64,000 nt of DNA from Planktothrix sp. GU0601_MAG3 (GCA_035193785.1 CP136572.1:1-64000), one strand, 5' to 3'. Positions 9,097 to 21,594 are shown, counted from the stretch's first letter. Program-made: numbers and translations. Notes: generated from the letters alone by a model not told the origin.

Positions 9097-10167
9097 TGCG
9101 CGTAAGTGTAGGAGCCGATAAAAAATGGCTCCGCCTTCGCTGGAAGGACGGTCAAGGAAAATACAAAATCCTTTATCCAGGCTGTGAGAATAATTCAGAA
9201 GGTAGTCGAACCGCCCAAAGAATTGCACTGCAAATGGAAGAAGATTTTGAAAAAGGGAATTTCGATTATTCCCTGTCAAAATATAAGGTGCAAGCATCAA
9301 AAGTCAACAATGCAAAAACTTTCGAGGATATCTATAAACAATGGATTAATATGACTAAGAAACATTTAAGTGGCAGAACAATTCAGGCTTATAGATGCCA
9401 TGCCAACAGTGTCGAATCATTAAATATTCTGTCAATGAAACCCGAGTTAATTACTAGCAATGAAGTTTATTCAATTATTGCCTTTTTGCAAAAATGCAAT
9501 AAACCAAAGGTAATTAAACTCAAAATGACCATCTTTTCTTCCGCTTGGGATTGGGGCAAAAAAAACGGATTAATCTCTACAGAAAACCCTTTCAAGGAAG
9601 TTAATATAGAGAGTTCTCGATCCCCTGAAATAGATCCTTTTAGTCGAGAAGAAGTCAGGAAAATCCTAGAGTTTGCGCCATCAGACAAAAAGCCTTTTAT
9701 TAAATTTTTGTTTTTAACAGGATGCCGATTGGGGGAAGCAGTCGGGTTGCGCTGGGATGATTTATCCCCCAATTGCCAAAATGTCAAAATTTCCAGGCAG
9801 TTCACCGGGGGAGAATTTAAACCTCTCAAAAAAGGTGGCAAGCCAAGATCCTTCTGTCTCCCCACAAATTTTGCAGATGAATTAATGGAGTTAAAATCTG
9901 AATCAAATCATGATCTTGTGTTCGGGGAATCTGGGGAAACCTATAGATCTTCACACTTTTCGGAAGACATGGATAAAAATTTTGGCTCAGGCAAAAGTTC
10001 GTTATAGAAAGCCCTATAATTGCCGCCATACTTTTGTCTGTCACCGATTGCAAGATGGCTGGAAACCTAGCCAAATTGTGCAAGTAACTGGCCACAGTTT
10101 ACAAGTCATGTTTTCTTCATACGCCACATTTATGGCAGAAGATTTACACTTACCTGATTTAGAATGA
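9096..10167 (+). CDS. Tyrosine recombinase/integrase with N-terminal arm-binding domain (one extra base at GAAAC 9936)
   Basis: LRLRW arm domain; TGCRLGEAVGLRW; KPYNCRHTF; VTGHS; SYA catalytic Tyr region; TAATG coupling to the rep gene. Confidence 0.92.
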
Positions 10168-10188
10168 AATCCGCACAATGCGGAATTT
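10167..10188 (+). repeat. Element palindrome copy 4
   Basis: Overlaps the integrase stop; 26 bp identical to 5111-5136. Confidence 0.9.
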
Positions 10189-10303
10189 GGATTGTAGACG
10201 GATATCTACATCTACAATCCAAAAACCTTAATAGACAAGGCTTTTAGACGACAAAATTTTTTAAAATGTTATTATTCATTATCCACTTAATATTGAGCCT
10301 GGC

Positions 10304-12715
10304 ATGACAGACGATTTTGATCTCGATTCAGTTTCCTCCCCCAATTCTATCCTAACCCCAGAAACAGCCTTTTCTGATCCAACAACGAACCCATTAGAAA
10401 ATATTGATCAAGTTCGCGCATTCCGAGAGCAAAAAATTAAAGAAATTTACCAAAGTTTACGTCCGGGTCAACAACAAATGGCCGATTGGAAGGGGGGCCC
10501 CCTAGCGATTTCTGCGGTTCCAGGGGCGGGTAAATCAACGGGAATGGCCTTTGCGGCGACCTTAGCGATCGCCCATCATCAACTCAATTCCCAACGTCAA
10601 TTAGTAATTGTCACCTTCACCCGTTCCGCCGCCGCTAATATTCAGGCAAAAGTGAGTCAAGAACTCAAAGCTATGCGCCTACCTTTGGGGGGATTTATGG
10701 TTCAGACTTTGCATGGTTTAGCCCTAAATATTGCCTTAAAAAATCCAGAATTATCGGGGTTAAACTTAGACAATTTTAATTTAATTTTACCCACTCCCAG
10801 TAATCGAATTACCCGCAGTTGTGTAGAACAGTGGATTATGGCTAATCCTCGCCATTATCAACGCTTAATTGAGGGGGTTCAATTTGATGGAGAAGAAACC
10901 GAACGGTTAAGGCGACAATCGGTTTTAAGGACGGAAGTTTTACCGAATTTAGCTTGGAAAGTGATTCAAGAAGCCAAAAGTTCAGGACTGAAACCACAGG
11001 ATATAACGAATATTTCCGAACAAATTCCTGATGATTATGAAACCTTAAAAATAGCTGCTGGATTATATGAAAATTATCAAAATATATTGCGATCGCAGAA
11101 TTTTATTGATTATGATGAGATGATTTTAGGGGCATTGCGAGTTTTAGAAAATCCAAAAGTTCGTCAAGTTTGGCAGAATCAAGTTTTTGCTGTTTTTGAA
11201 GACGAAGCTCAAGATTCTACTCCTCTACAAAGTAAACTATTGAGAATTTTAGCCCGTTCTTCTGAATCAATTACTGATGATTTAGATACTTTAAATTTAG
11301 TTAGAGTCGGTGATCCCAATCAAGCTATTAACTCAACTTTTACCACGGCTGATCCCATTTATTTTCGTCGTTTTTGCCATGATTGTGAACAGTTAAAACA
11401 ATTAGCTACCATGGATCAAGCCGGACGCAGTAGTTGTATTATTATTGATGCTGCTAACTATATGTTATCCTGGGTCAATCGTTCAAAATTAGCCGGAAAT
11501 GAGCAACCCTTTAGGGAGCAAATGATTCGATTAGTCGGATTTAATGACCATCAAACTAATGCCAATCCCCCCGCATACAGTCGAGGTTTAGAACTCTGGG
11601 AATTGGCGGATATTTATCAAACCGTTGAGTTAATTATTCAAAAAATTGCGAATATTATTGAAGATGATCCCCAAGGAAAATTTGCAATTTTACTCCGAGA
11701 AAATAAGCAGGGCGAGTTTATTTCTAATATTCTCAATCATCCCCATTTATATAATATTAAAATTCCCGAAGATTTGCAAACAAAAATTCGGATTTATGAT
11801 GCTTCCCAACAGGCAAGAAATTCTCAAATTCCGGCGGAAATTTTATCTTTATTACAATTTTTAGATCGTCCCCATTCACCGGATTATTTAAAATTAGCAT
11901 TAAAAGTATTAGGCGATCGCAATTTAATTCCTAATTTAGATTATAATAAAATTGCAATTCATCCCGAAGAATTTCTTTATCCCGGCCCCCTTGACCCCCC
12001 ACAATCAGAAGCAATTCGCCAATGTCGTTATTTTTGTTGTCAATTATTACAAGCCCGTTTAGAGCTTCCTCCCTATCAATTGATTTCCTTTTTAGCCCTA
12101 TCCTTGCAATACGAAAAAACCGAATTAGCCACGGCGGATAAATTAGCAGAACGCATCGGTAAAAAAACCTCTGGCAACCATTCCATGGGAACAATTTTAG
12201 ATGTTTTAAATGATATTGTCAGTTCAGAAAGGTTTGAACCCGTGGATATTGATGAGGAAGCAACCTCTAAAGATAGTCCCTATACCCGGGAAGGTCAATT
12301 AACATTAATTACCATGCACAAAGCCAAGGGATTAGATTGGGATTATGTGTTTATTCCCTTCTTACAAGAGTCTACAATTCCTGGGAGTTTAAGAGTATTA
12401 CCCCAAGCCAAATTTTTAGGAGAATTTACCCTTTCGGAAGTCGCCCGCGCTCAAATTCGAGCCGCTGCTCACGGAGAAGAATTAATTCCTGATATAGCCA
12501 CGGCTTGGGAGCAAGCCAAGGATTTAAAAACCGCAGAGGAATATCGCTTACTCTATGTCGCCATGACCCGAGCTAAACGTTTTTTATGGATGTCTGTGTC
12601 GCGTTTTTCTCCCTACAGTTGGCATAAACCTGAAAATCAGCAAGAACAAAAAGCCTGTCCGGTTTTTATTGCTTTAAAACAACAATTTCCTCAACATTTT
12701 TTAGAGAAATTTTAG
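10304..12715 (+). CDS. UvrD/PcrA/REP-family ATP-dependent DNA helicase
   Basis: AVPGAGKS, EDEAQDS, VGDPNQAI, TMHKAKGLDWD, LLYVAMTRAK motifs. Confidence 0.92.
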   Translation: MTDDFDLDSVSSPNSILTPETAFSDPTTNPLENIDQVRAFREQKIKEIYQSLRPGQQQMADWKGGPLAISAVPGAGKSTGMAFAATLAIAHHQLNSQRQLVIVTFTRSAAANIQAKVSQELKAMRLPLGGFMVQTLHGLALNIALKNPELSGLNLDNFNLILPTPSNRITRSCVEQWIMANPRHYQRLIEGVQFDGEETERLRRQSVLRTEVLPNLAWKVIQEAKSSGLKPQDITNISEQIPDDYETLKIAAGLYENYQNILRSQNFIDYDEMILGALRVLENPKVRQVWQNQVFAVFEDEAQDSTPLQSKLLRILARSSESITDDLDTLNLVRVGDPNQAINSTFTTADPIYFRRFCHDCEQLKQLATMDQAGRSSCIIIDAANYMLSWVNRSKLAGNEQPFREQMIRLVGFNDHQTNANPPAYSRGLELWELADIYQTVELIIQKIANIIEDDPQGKFAILLRENKQGEFISNILNHPHLYNIKIPEDLQTKIRIYDASQQARNSQIPAEILSLLQFLDRPHSPDYLKLALKVLGDRNLIPNLDYNKIAIHPEEFLYPGPLDPPQSEAIRQCRYFCCQLLQARLELPPYQLISFLALSLQYEKTELATADKLAERIGKKTSGNHSMGTILDVLNDIVSSERFEPVDIDEEATSKDSPYTREGQLTLITMHKAKGLDWDYVFIPFLQESTIPGSLRVLPQAKFLGEFTLSEVARAQIRAAAHGEELIPDIATAWEQAKDLKTAEEYRLLYVAMTRAKRFLWMSVSRFSPYSWHKPENQQEQKACPVFIALKQQFPQHFLEKF

Positions 12716-12869
12716 TTGTTGGGCTTTAGCCCTTTAGACAGGACTTACGCACAAGACCCAAGAAACCGGGTTTCTGGCTCTGATTTTGCGGATAAAATCG
12801 GTGATTTCTCGTTCAGAAACCCGGTTTCTGCGTAAGTCCTATTAGATTGGGGGACTAAAGCCCAACAAC
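12715..12869. mobile_element. Nested miniature element: CAGGACTTACGCA-ended MITE (12739-12841) inside a GTTGTTGGGCTTTAGCCC palindrome
   Basis: 13-bp terminal inverted repeats, TTAGA 5-bp duplication, internal AGAAACCSGGTTTCT pair. Confidence 0.75.
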
Positions 12870-12877
12870 GAACTTTT

Positions 12878-15800
12878 TTAGCCTTGAATTGACATTAATA
12901 TCTCTAATTTAGGTTGAATTTCAGCATCAAATCCAGCAGATTTTAAGGAAGTAAGGGTTGCTTCAGCATTTTGTATCCAGAAATCACGACCCAAACAAAT
13001 CCCTTTATAATTATGTTTAAATTCTCCCTTCACCGTAGCAACAATGGGAATATTAGCTTGTTGTTGATTACCAGATGATTGTTCTTTCAGGAGTGCACGA
13101 AGTTTTTGGAGTCGGGATAAATCATAAACTTCCTCAAGTGTTAAATGTAAAAGTACCATGGAATTTGATTCCTCTATTTCCGAATCTTCTAATAAAAGAG
13201 CGGGAATTTTATCAATCCGAGGGAGGGTATCCGCCGATTGTAACTCATCAATAATAAGCTGAGTTTTATCTTCCTTTTTATCAGTTTTTCCGGTGATTAA
13301 AACTATATCATTTTCATTTGGAAAATCCTTGATTTTTTGATGGGTTGTTGGGAAAATAATGGCTTCCATTTGTCCGGTTAAATCCTCAATTTGTAAAAAT
13401 GCCATCCGATCACCTTTTTTGGTGGTATGTAGTTTAATAGCAGTAATTACAACAACCACTTTAACCTTAGATTTGTTACCCGTTAATTCTGATAAAGTCA
13501 CTATTTCATCTACAGAAATCGATCTTAAGATTGATTGTAAAGGATGTTCAGAAACATAAAATCCCAATAATTCTTTTTCAAATTGGAGTTTTTCTTGAAC
13601 TTTAAAATCCTCAAGTTTTGCTGGTTTTGGTGCATCTTCATGGGTATTTTTTGTATTTGTTCCACCTTCCAAAATATCGAATATACTTTGTTGACCAACG
13701 GCTCGATCTTTGGCTTTACTTTGTGCCCAGGAAATTAATTTATCTAAATGATCAATAGCTTGGCGACGGTTGGGGTTAAGTTTATCTAAAGCTCCACATT
13801 TAATTAAGGCTTCTAAAGCGCGACTATTGACCATTTGTAAATTAATGCGATCGCATAAATCGGGAAAACTCTTAAATTCTCCCCCCTCTTGACGCACTTC
13901 TAATAAATGTTCGATCGCACCTTCCCCGACATTTTTAATTGCAGAAAGTCCGAAAATAATACTCTGATCCGAGGGAGTAAAATCCATCCCCGAAAGGTTT
14001 ATATTTGGAGGAATAACCTTAATTCCCAGAGATTTTTGACAAGATTCTATATATTTTTGAATTTTATCCGTATCCCCACTATTAGCACTTAATAAAGCCG
14101 CCATATATTCAACGGGATAATTGGCTTTTAAATAAGCGGTTTCATAGGTAACATAAGCATAGGCCATGGAGTGGGATTTGTTGAAGCAATTGGAAGCCAC
14201 TAAACCGTTGTTGAGAACAAAGTTATGATCTTCTTGTACGCCAATATCATAAACAGGTTGGTTTCCTAAAGATTTTCGACTAATAATTTTAACATGAGAT
14301 TTGGAGTTAATCTGTTTTAATTCCAACCCATTTTCAAAAATTTCATCAATAGGTAACATTTGACCATCAACGGTCATAAATTTATGATCTTTTGTTGCTC
14401 GAATAACCGAAACCATCTTCCAGGAAATATTCAAAAACTTCTTGTTCTCCTCGATGATGCCATTGAGCAATTGGTTGAGTGTAGACATGACCCTGATTAT
14501 TAACAGTATAAACTGTACATTCTATTTTTTCCTCAACAATTTTACCAATGGGCATTAACCCGTATTCAACAGTCAAAATTTCTGTATCATAACTTAAACA
14601 ATATTCAGCGAATTGAACCATTTGCTCAAATAACTTTTCTGCCAATTTTTGCACAACTCCATTTTTGGTTGCACCGTCAATAAAAAGTTCCCTTTGCTTC
14701 TGCATTTCTTCTGCTTTCTTTTTACCCATACAGTTGTGGGCAATAAAATTATTGGCAATAAAATTATGAGTTTCGGGAATGCTTAAATCAAATACTTCTT
14801 CTTTGCCTATATACTCAATTCCAACAATTTCATCCCAAAAAACATCGGATTCCGCGATCGCTTTTAATTGGTCATTTTGAAATGCAATCGCAAAATTTTC
14901 CACACGATGACGAGATAGACTACGAGAGGGTGTTTTCTGGAAATTTAAACCAGAAGACATAGTACCCCTTGCCACTCCCACAGTCTGATCAATTTTATCC
15001 CATGTCATCCTAGTTGCTTTTTTTGCCTGAGCAATTAGTGTAATAACTTCCGGTGGAATTGTATGTTTTGATTGATTCCGAACTTTATCTTTAATCAATA
15101 AATAACATAGTTCTGCTTGCTCTGTTTTATAAGAAACTCAATTCAGGCTTAATTAATTCACAAAACTTCAGCATATCTTCTCGTCCGGTAATTTGGACTC
15201 GATAAGAAATGTGAGGTTTACCATTATATTTAATAGTTTTTACATTAAAGAGTGAAACAATGCCTAAACGTAGTAGTAGATGTTGAATTTGTTTGATCAA
15301 AACCGGAGAAGTTGAAGTATAGTCAGTATGACCAATGCTAGTATCAAAACTTCCATCGGTTGACCATAAAGTTCCTAAGAAAAGTTGTAATTGATTCCGA
15401 GATAATGTCAAAACCCATTCAGGAATTTCTTTCTCCCTAGAGTGAGCTCGTTTAATATGATCATCTACCCATTTATTGAAAGAAGAAATAAACCCAATAC
15501 GAGCATAAGTGACGGATTTTCGCCCCGGATGTACTTGATGATCAATGGGTGCTGGTTTGCCAAAAAGTTCTTTTGCACACTCATTAAAATCATCTATTAA
15601 TTCTTGATCGCTGTTACAAAAATAACTACAAGCTGGACTCTTTGTGGATAAATGACCGTCTCCAATTAAATACGCGACCAACTTGATTTGAGCATCTGAT
15701 ATTTTACTTTGATTCGTAATCGGCATAGTTTTAGCTAAACCCACGCGATCGCCAATTTTAAAGGATTTTAATGGTTGCCATCCTAAAACTGTATAGAAAA

Positions 15801-18277
15801 GATGATCGTCAGTGGCTTTAATTTGGTGATTCGTTTTCGTGGTAATTTGCCAAATATCCCGAACTCCATTCGGATGAATTTCCGTGATTGGTTGTTGAGT
15901 AATTTTTTGAGTATTAAGATTGAGAGAAAAGACTTTTCTACCTAACCAATATTCAGGAGATTGTGCAATTTCTTTTAAGGAAACTAAGTTTCCGGTAGCA
16001 ACATCTAAAATTTGCGTAGATCCACTCAAACATCGGCGAAGAATATCTGCTTGACCTAAAGAATAGCCCGCCAAATCTTGAGCTAATCTCATAATTTGTT
16101 CTTGAAAACATAAAATTCCATAGGTTTCTTTTAAAATTGGCTCTAACAGGGGATGGTCATAACTAATTTCATCCCGTCCATGTTTACGATCAATAAATTG
16201 GGGAATTAAACCCGCATCTAACGGCCCAGGACGATACAGTGCCAGAATAGAAGAAATATCATCTAAACAGGAAGGTTTGAGTTTTTTAACAATATCTATC
16301 ATCCCAGAAGATTCTAACTGAAAGATACCATCTAAATCCCCTTTTTCCAGTAATTTATAAGTTTTCTGCACATCTTCGGGTAACTTTTTATGGGTTTTAT
16401 AGGCATCTTGGGCTCTCCTTTCAATATCAGAAGGAAGTTTTTCAGGATCAATTTTATGGCCATGTATTTCTTCAATATAATCAACGGCTTTTTGAATCAT
16501 GGTTAAATTTCTTAACCCTAAAAAATCCATTTTCAATAACCCAACTGCCTCTAAATCCTCCATATAATATTGAGTAATTACCGACCCATCATTATTCCGT
16601 TGTAGGGGAACAATTTCGTCTAAAGACTGTTTAGAAATCACCACACCCGCCGCATGAACTCCGAAGGTTTTATTAGTTCCTTCAATGCGAATTGCCATAT
16701 CTAACCATTGTTTAACTTTAATTGTTCCAACTTCTTCTCCAGCATCATTATGAATAGCCACATCTTCATTATCATAAGCTTCTTTGAATTCCGGTGCGGG
16801 ACTTTGATCGGAAATCATCACGGGCAAACGGGTGGGTTTTCCCCGAGAAACCGGAATTAATTTAGCCATTTTATCCGAATTTTTATAGGAAATTCCTAAT
16901 ACCCTGGCGACATCTTTTAACACGGCTTTAGAAGTCATGCGGTTAAAAGTAATAATTTGAGCAACTTTATCCGCCCCATATTTATCCGTGACATATTTAA
17001 TCATTTCATCCCGTCTTTCAATACAGAAATCTGTATCAATATCCGGCATGGATTTTCGCTCAGGATTTAAAAATCTTTCAAATAATAAACCATGATAAAC
17101 CGGATCAATATTGGTAATTTTTAGGGCATAAGCCACTAATGATCCCGCCGCCGAACCGCGTCCTGGCCCGACGGCAATATTATTATCTCTGGCAAATTTA
17201 ATATAATCCCAAACCACTAAAAAATAAGTGGAAAACCCCATCTGTTGCATCATTTTAAGCTCATATTCTAAGCGCTCTTTATAGACGGGTTTAATCTCGC
17301 TTCTAGTCTTAGCATTCATTCTTTCTAGTAACCCTTTCCAGGTAACTTCTTCTAAGTAAGTATCCGCCGTATGGTCAGGCGGAATTGGATAGTCAGGGAT
17401 ACGAGGTTTCTCCTAAAATCCCCTTATAGGGTTCAACTTTATTGGCAACTTCTACGGTATTATTAATCGCTTCTTCGATGATATCATTGGGTAAGTGATC
17501 CAGAAATAATTGCGCCATTTCTTCGGCGGATTTTAAATATTCTGTACCACTATAGCGCATCCGTTTTTCTTCACTAATTAATTTTTGGGTATTAATACAA
17601 AGTAAAGCATCATGGGCTTCCACATCATTACAGGAGATAAAATGGGAATCATTTGTAGCAATAATTTTAATGTTTAATTCTTGACTAATTTTAACAATTT
17701 CAACATTCACCATCCGATCTTCTGGAGAACCATGATCTTGAATTTCTAAATAAAAATCCTCTCCAAATACCCTTTGATACCATTGGGCGACTTCCCGCGC
17801 CACATCATAACGCCCTTGTAAAATTGCTTGGGGAATTTCTCCTCCTAAACAAGCACTGGTAACAATTAACCCTTCGTGATATTGTTCTAATAGTTCTTTA
17901 TTAATACAGGGACGTGCAAAAATGCCTTTTCCTTGAAACCCTTGCAAGTGTGAAATGGTGGTTAATTTAACTAAGTTTTTATAACCTTGGCTATTTTTAG
18001 CTAAAACCACTTGATGATATTTTCTTCGTTTCTTATTCTTCTCATCCTGAATTTTAACATCCCCATTAATCACATACATCTCATTGCCAATAATGGGTTT
18101 TATCCCTTTATTTCGGCAGGTTTTAATTAACTCAATTGCCCCATACATAACGCCATGGTCAGTAACGGCGATCGCCGGCATTCCTAACTCTACTGCGCGG
18201 TCAATTAATTGGGGTAATTGAGATGCCCCATCAAGTAAACTATAATCACTATGAATATGTAAACCTACAAAAGACAT
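12878..18277 (-). CDS. dnaE: DNA polymerase III alpha subunit, single gene with two inteins (about 1798-aa precursor after three 1-base corrections at 17406, 15133, 14409)
   Basis: PHP domain [36 protein letters not shown]-terminal OB fold. Confidence 0.95.
14189..14600 (-). other. DnaE mini-intein of the normally split (Ssp/Npu) type, here contiguous, 137 aa
   Basis: [17 protein letters not shown]...[18 protein letters not shown]...LVASN|CFN. Confidence 0.9.
14733..16032 (-). other. Cis intein with LAGLIDADG-type homing endonuclease, about 433 aa
   Basis: [11 protein letters not shown]...ATDDHLF...LVAYLIGDG...[10 protein letters not shown]...[11 protein letters not shown]. Confidence 0.9.
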
Positions 18278-18323
18278 GGTTGAGTTCCTTAGTTAAATTA
18301 AACTTAAAATTAATTGAGATAAA

Positions 18324-20089
18324 ATGATTGACTTCCGTAATATTAACACAATTTGGGCTTCTGTATTGGTGGAAACTTTGGCTCAATTAGGATTAAAAAC
18401 GGCCATTCTTTGTCCAGGTTCCCGTTTCTACTCCTTTAACAATTGCTTTTGCTCAACATTCTAGCATTGAAACCATCCCAATTTTAGATGAACGTTCAGC
18501 CTCTTTTTTTGCTTTAGGAATTGCCAAAAAATCCGGTTTACCGACGGTTTTAGTTTGTACTTCTGGAACCGCAGGAGCTAATTTTTATCCCGCCATTATA
18601 GAAGCCAAAGAAAGTCGAATTCCTCTATTAATTTTAACCGCAGATCGTCCCCCTGAATTAAGAGATTGTCATGCTGGACAAACGATTGATCAAGTTAGAT
18701 TATATAATAATTATCCCAACTGGCAAGCGGAATTAAGTGTCCCCAGTTTAGATTTAGGATTGTTACGTTATTTGCGACAAACCTTAATTTATGCTTGGGA
18801 GCGATCGCAATTTCCTATTTCCGGTGTTGTCCATCTTAATATTCCCTTTCGTGATCCTTTATATCCCGTCTATCAACCAGAAACAGAAGCTTTAAAAGCC
18901 ATATTCCCTGATGATTTTTTTGCTAAAATAAATCTAGCAAAAAATCAAATTTTCTCTAATGTTGATATATCTAATTATTTGAATTTATGGTATAATTATC
19001 CCCAAGGAATTATTATTGCTGGGGTAGATCAACCTCAAAATCCAGAGGTTTATTGTCAAGCGATCGCCCATCTTTCTAAACACTTAAATTATCCCGTTTT
19101 AGCCGAGGGATTATCCCCCGTCAGGAATTATTATAACCTCAATCCCTATTTAATTTCAACCTATGATTTAATCCTGAGAAATCCAACTTTAGCAGAAAAA
19201 CTCGCGCCTCAAGTTGTGATTTTAATTGGAGATTTACCCACCAGTAAAACCCTAAGAAATTGGTTAGACCAGCAACAACCGGATTATTTTATCCTAGATC
19301 CTAGTTATCAAAACTTAGATGGATTACACGGAAAAACCAGCCATATCAGAATATCAATAGAACAACTATCAAAACAAATTGATCAAGTCCAAAATCTGGA
19401 ATCAATTAATTTAGATATATCTAAGTTATATTGTAATTTTTGGTATGAATTAGAAGCTCAGTCCAGAAATAATATTGATCAAAAATTAAACTTAATTGAA
19501 TCATTAATAGAACCCAAAGTTGCTTGGTTACTACCTCAGATTTTACCTAAAAGTACAGCAATTTTTATTGCTAATAGTATGCCTGTTAGGGATGTAGAGT
19601 CTTTTTGGAGTCCTAATACTTTAAACATTCAACCCTTTTTTAATCGGGGGGCAAATGGCATTGATGGAAACCTTATCAACGGCATTAGGAATTGCCCATC
19701 ATCAGCAAAGCAGTATTTTATTAACCGGGGATTTAGCCTTACTTCATGACACTAATGGATTTTTAATTAGAAATCAATTAATCGGACATCTAACTATTAT
19801 TTTAATTAATAATAATGGCGGTGGAATTTTTGAAATGTTACCCATTTCTCAATTTAATCCTCCCTTTGAGGAATATTTTGCTACCCCTCAAAATATTAAT
19901 TTTGCTCAATTAGCAGCTACCTATAATATTAGTTATGATAAAATTAAATCTTGGGAACAACTGCAACAAAAATTAAATCCTCTCCCCCAAACAGGTATTA
20001 GAATCTTAGAAATTCCCACCCATCGTAAAACTGATTCCCAATGGCGACAACAATATTTAAAACAACTTGCGGAAGGATTAACTTTTTAG
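18324..20089 (+). CDS. menD: SEPHCHC synthase (two extra bases at 18424 and 19667)
   Basis: CPGSRSTPL, DERSA, CTSGTAGANF, NSMPVRD, NRGANGIDG, GDLALLHD, NNNGGGIF. Confidence 0.93.
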
Positions 20090-21415
20090 AAATCCAGTTT
20101 CTGACGTTGCCAAACTCTCCGACGTTTTTCACCCTTTGGAATTGAAGGAAAGTCATCCAGAAAGATAATTTCAGGAATTTGAGCATGAAGACGTTTAAAA
20201 AGCGATTCTAGGGATTTAAAAACACCTGCTTGAATCACATCTTTTTTATGATTTTTGAATTTCAAAGCAACTTCTATCCGATTTAAACTTAACTGCATGA
20301 CTTGATAGTCTTCAATATCATCAGAAACCATAACAATTGCCCTGCGAATAAAATCAGGAAAAATTGTCACCCATTCACCATTAATAAACCCATGGGGAAG
20401 ATAAAAAATATCATCCTGTCGCCCTTCAATATATTCAATTGCTATTAATACTGACCCACATTGACAGGGCGTTTTCCGTTCTACTAAAATATCATTCAGA
20501 CGATAACGGATAATCGGTTGGGTTGTGCGTCTAAAATCGGTTATAATCGGCATAAATCGAGATTTATCTGGGTCTAAATATTCTTTTTGAATAGCAACAA
20601 GATCCTCGTTTAGATGTAAAGTTCCATATTCACAGGTATAACCTAAAAATCCTTCTGTACATTGATAAACTTGATGAATAATTTGATTAAAAACCTTGCT
20701 AATATAATCCCGATCTAAAGGGTCGAGTACCTCAGCAACGGAGACTATTTTTTTTGGTGATATTTTTAAAATACCTTGTTTTTGAGCGTCTGCTAACAAT
20801 CGCAATAAGGAAGCGGGAGCGACTAAAATAGTGGGTTGATAATCATTTAATCGTTGAATATGATCCGTAATTGGTTCTAATAAATCAAAAAATTGAAACT
20901 GCAAACGCTTACTTTTTACTGTTTCATATAATCGACTATTTGCTCTCAAAAAAAATGATATTTTCTCAGGAAATAATATAAAATTTGGTAATAATTTTGC
21001 TAAAATTGTTCCTGCCCAAATCCATTGTTCTTGAGAACTAACTAAAAATAATCCTCGATTTCCACTGGTTTCCTGTTGATAATCCCACGGTATATCCGCT
21101 TAAATTATAGCTAAAATCTCGCGTTTTTTCGGCTTGAAAGGCGATTTCAAATGCTTCTGATCCTAAAATTTTAACGGTATTCAGTTGGTCGAAATTTTCC
21201 ATCATTTTAGCTTTATCAATTATAGGAAAATTTTGCCAATCTTGGAGGTCTAAACCTTGATAATACTGTTGATAAAAGGGAGATTGTGGCAAAATTTTCT
21301 TTAAAAAGTTTTGAACCTGTTGATTTTGCCAGGTTAATAATTGTTCTCGACTTTGGAATTTCCCAAAATATTTGGTTTTTAAATATTGCTGAAGAATTGT
21401 TAATGTACGTTTCAT
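20086..21415 (-). CDS. Coenzyme F390 synthetase-related adenylate-forming protein (extra base at 21068)
   Basis: GLSTGTSG loop after correction; YQCTEGFL; IIRYRLND. Confidence 0.8.
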
Positions 21416-21594
21416 TAATTACATCTCGATTTGCGTAAATTTACGGTTTCTTTTTGTTATTGTCTTCTCTATTATAAAACTTGGGAAGTTTGAGCGATCG
21501 CTAGTTATAAACTATTAATCAACACCCCTACCTCCTTTAATTCTATACACCACCACCTCTGTCTGTTACTTTCCATTTACCTCCAACACAAATT

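Larger units (their letters stand above)
1..10245. mobile_element. Right part of a prophage-like integrated element (left end outside the window, exact attR not defined)
   Basis: Dense small ORFs in two divergent operons with an HTH repressor, HNH, ASCH, DUF3102, a replication helicase and a terminal tyrosine integrase; conserved host genes resume at 10304. No virion genes in the window. Confidence 0.85.

Noticed and set aside
388..10188. CRISPR array interpretation of the 22-bp palindrome
   Set aside because: Copies are kilobases apart, partly coding, with no regular spacers and no cas genes
10168..10303. tRNA or tmRNA integration target
   Set aside because: No cloverleaf, T-loop or CCA end found
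14382..14488. Break between ORFs 14382..15098 and 12878..14488 taken as the natural dnaE split
   Set aside because: It falls inside IntN at EDG-SVIRAT on a GAAAC site, not at the IntN/IntC boundary near 14294
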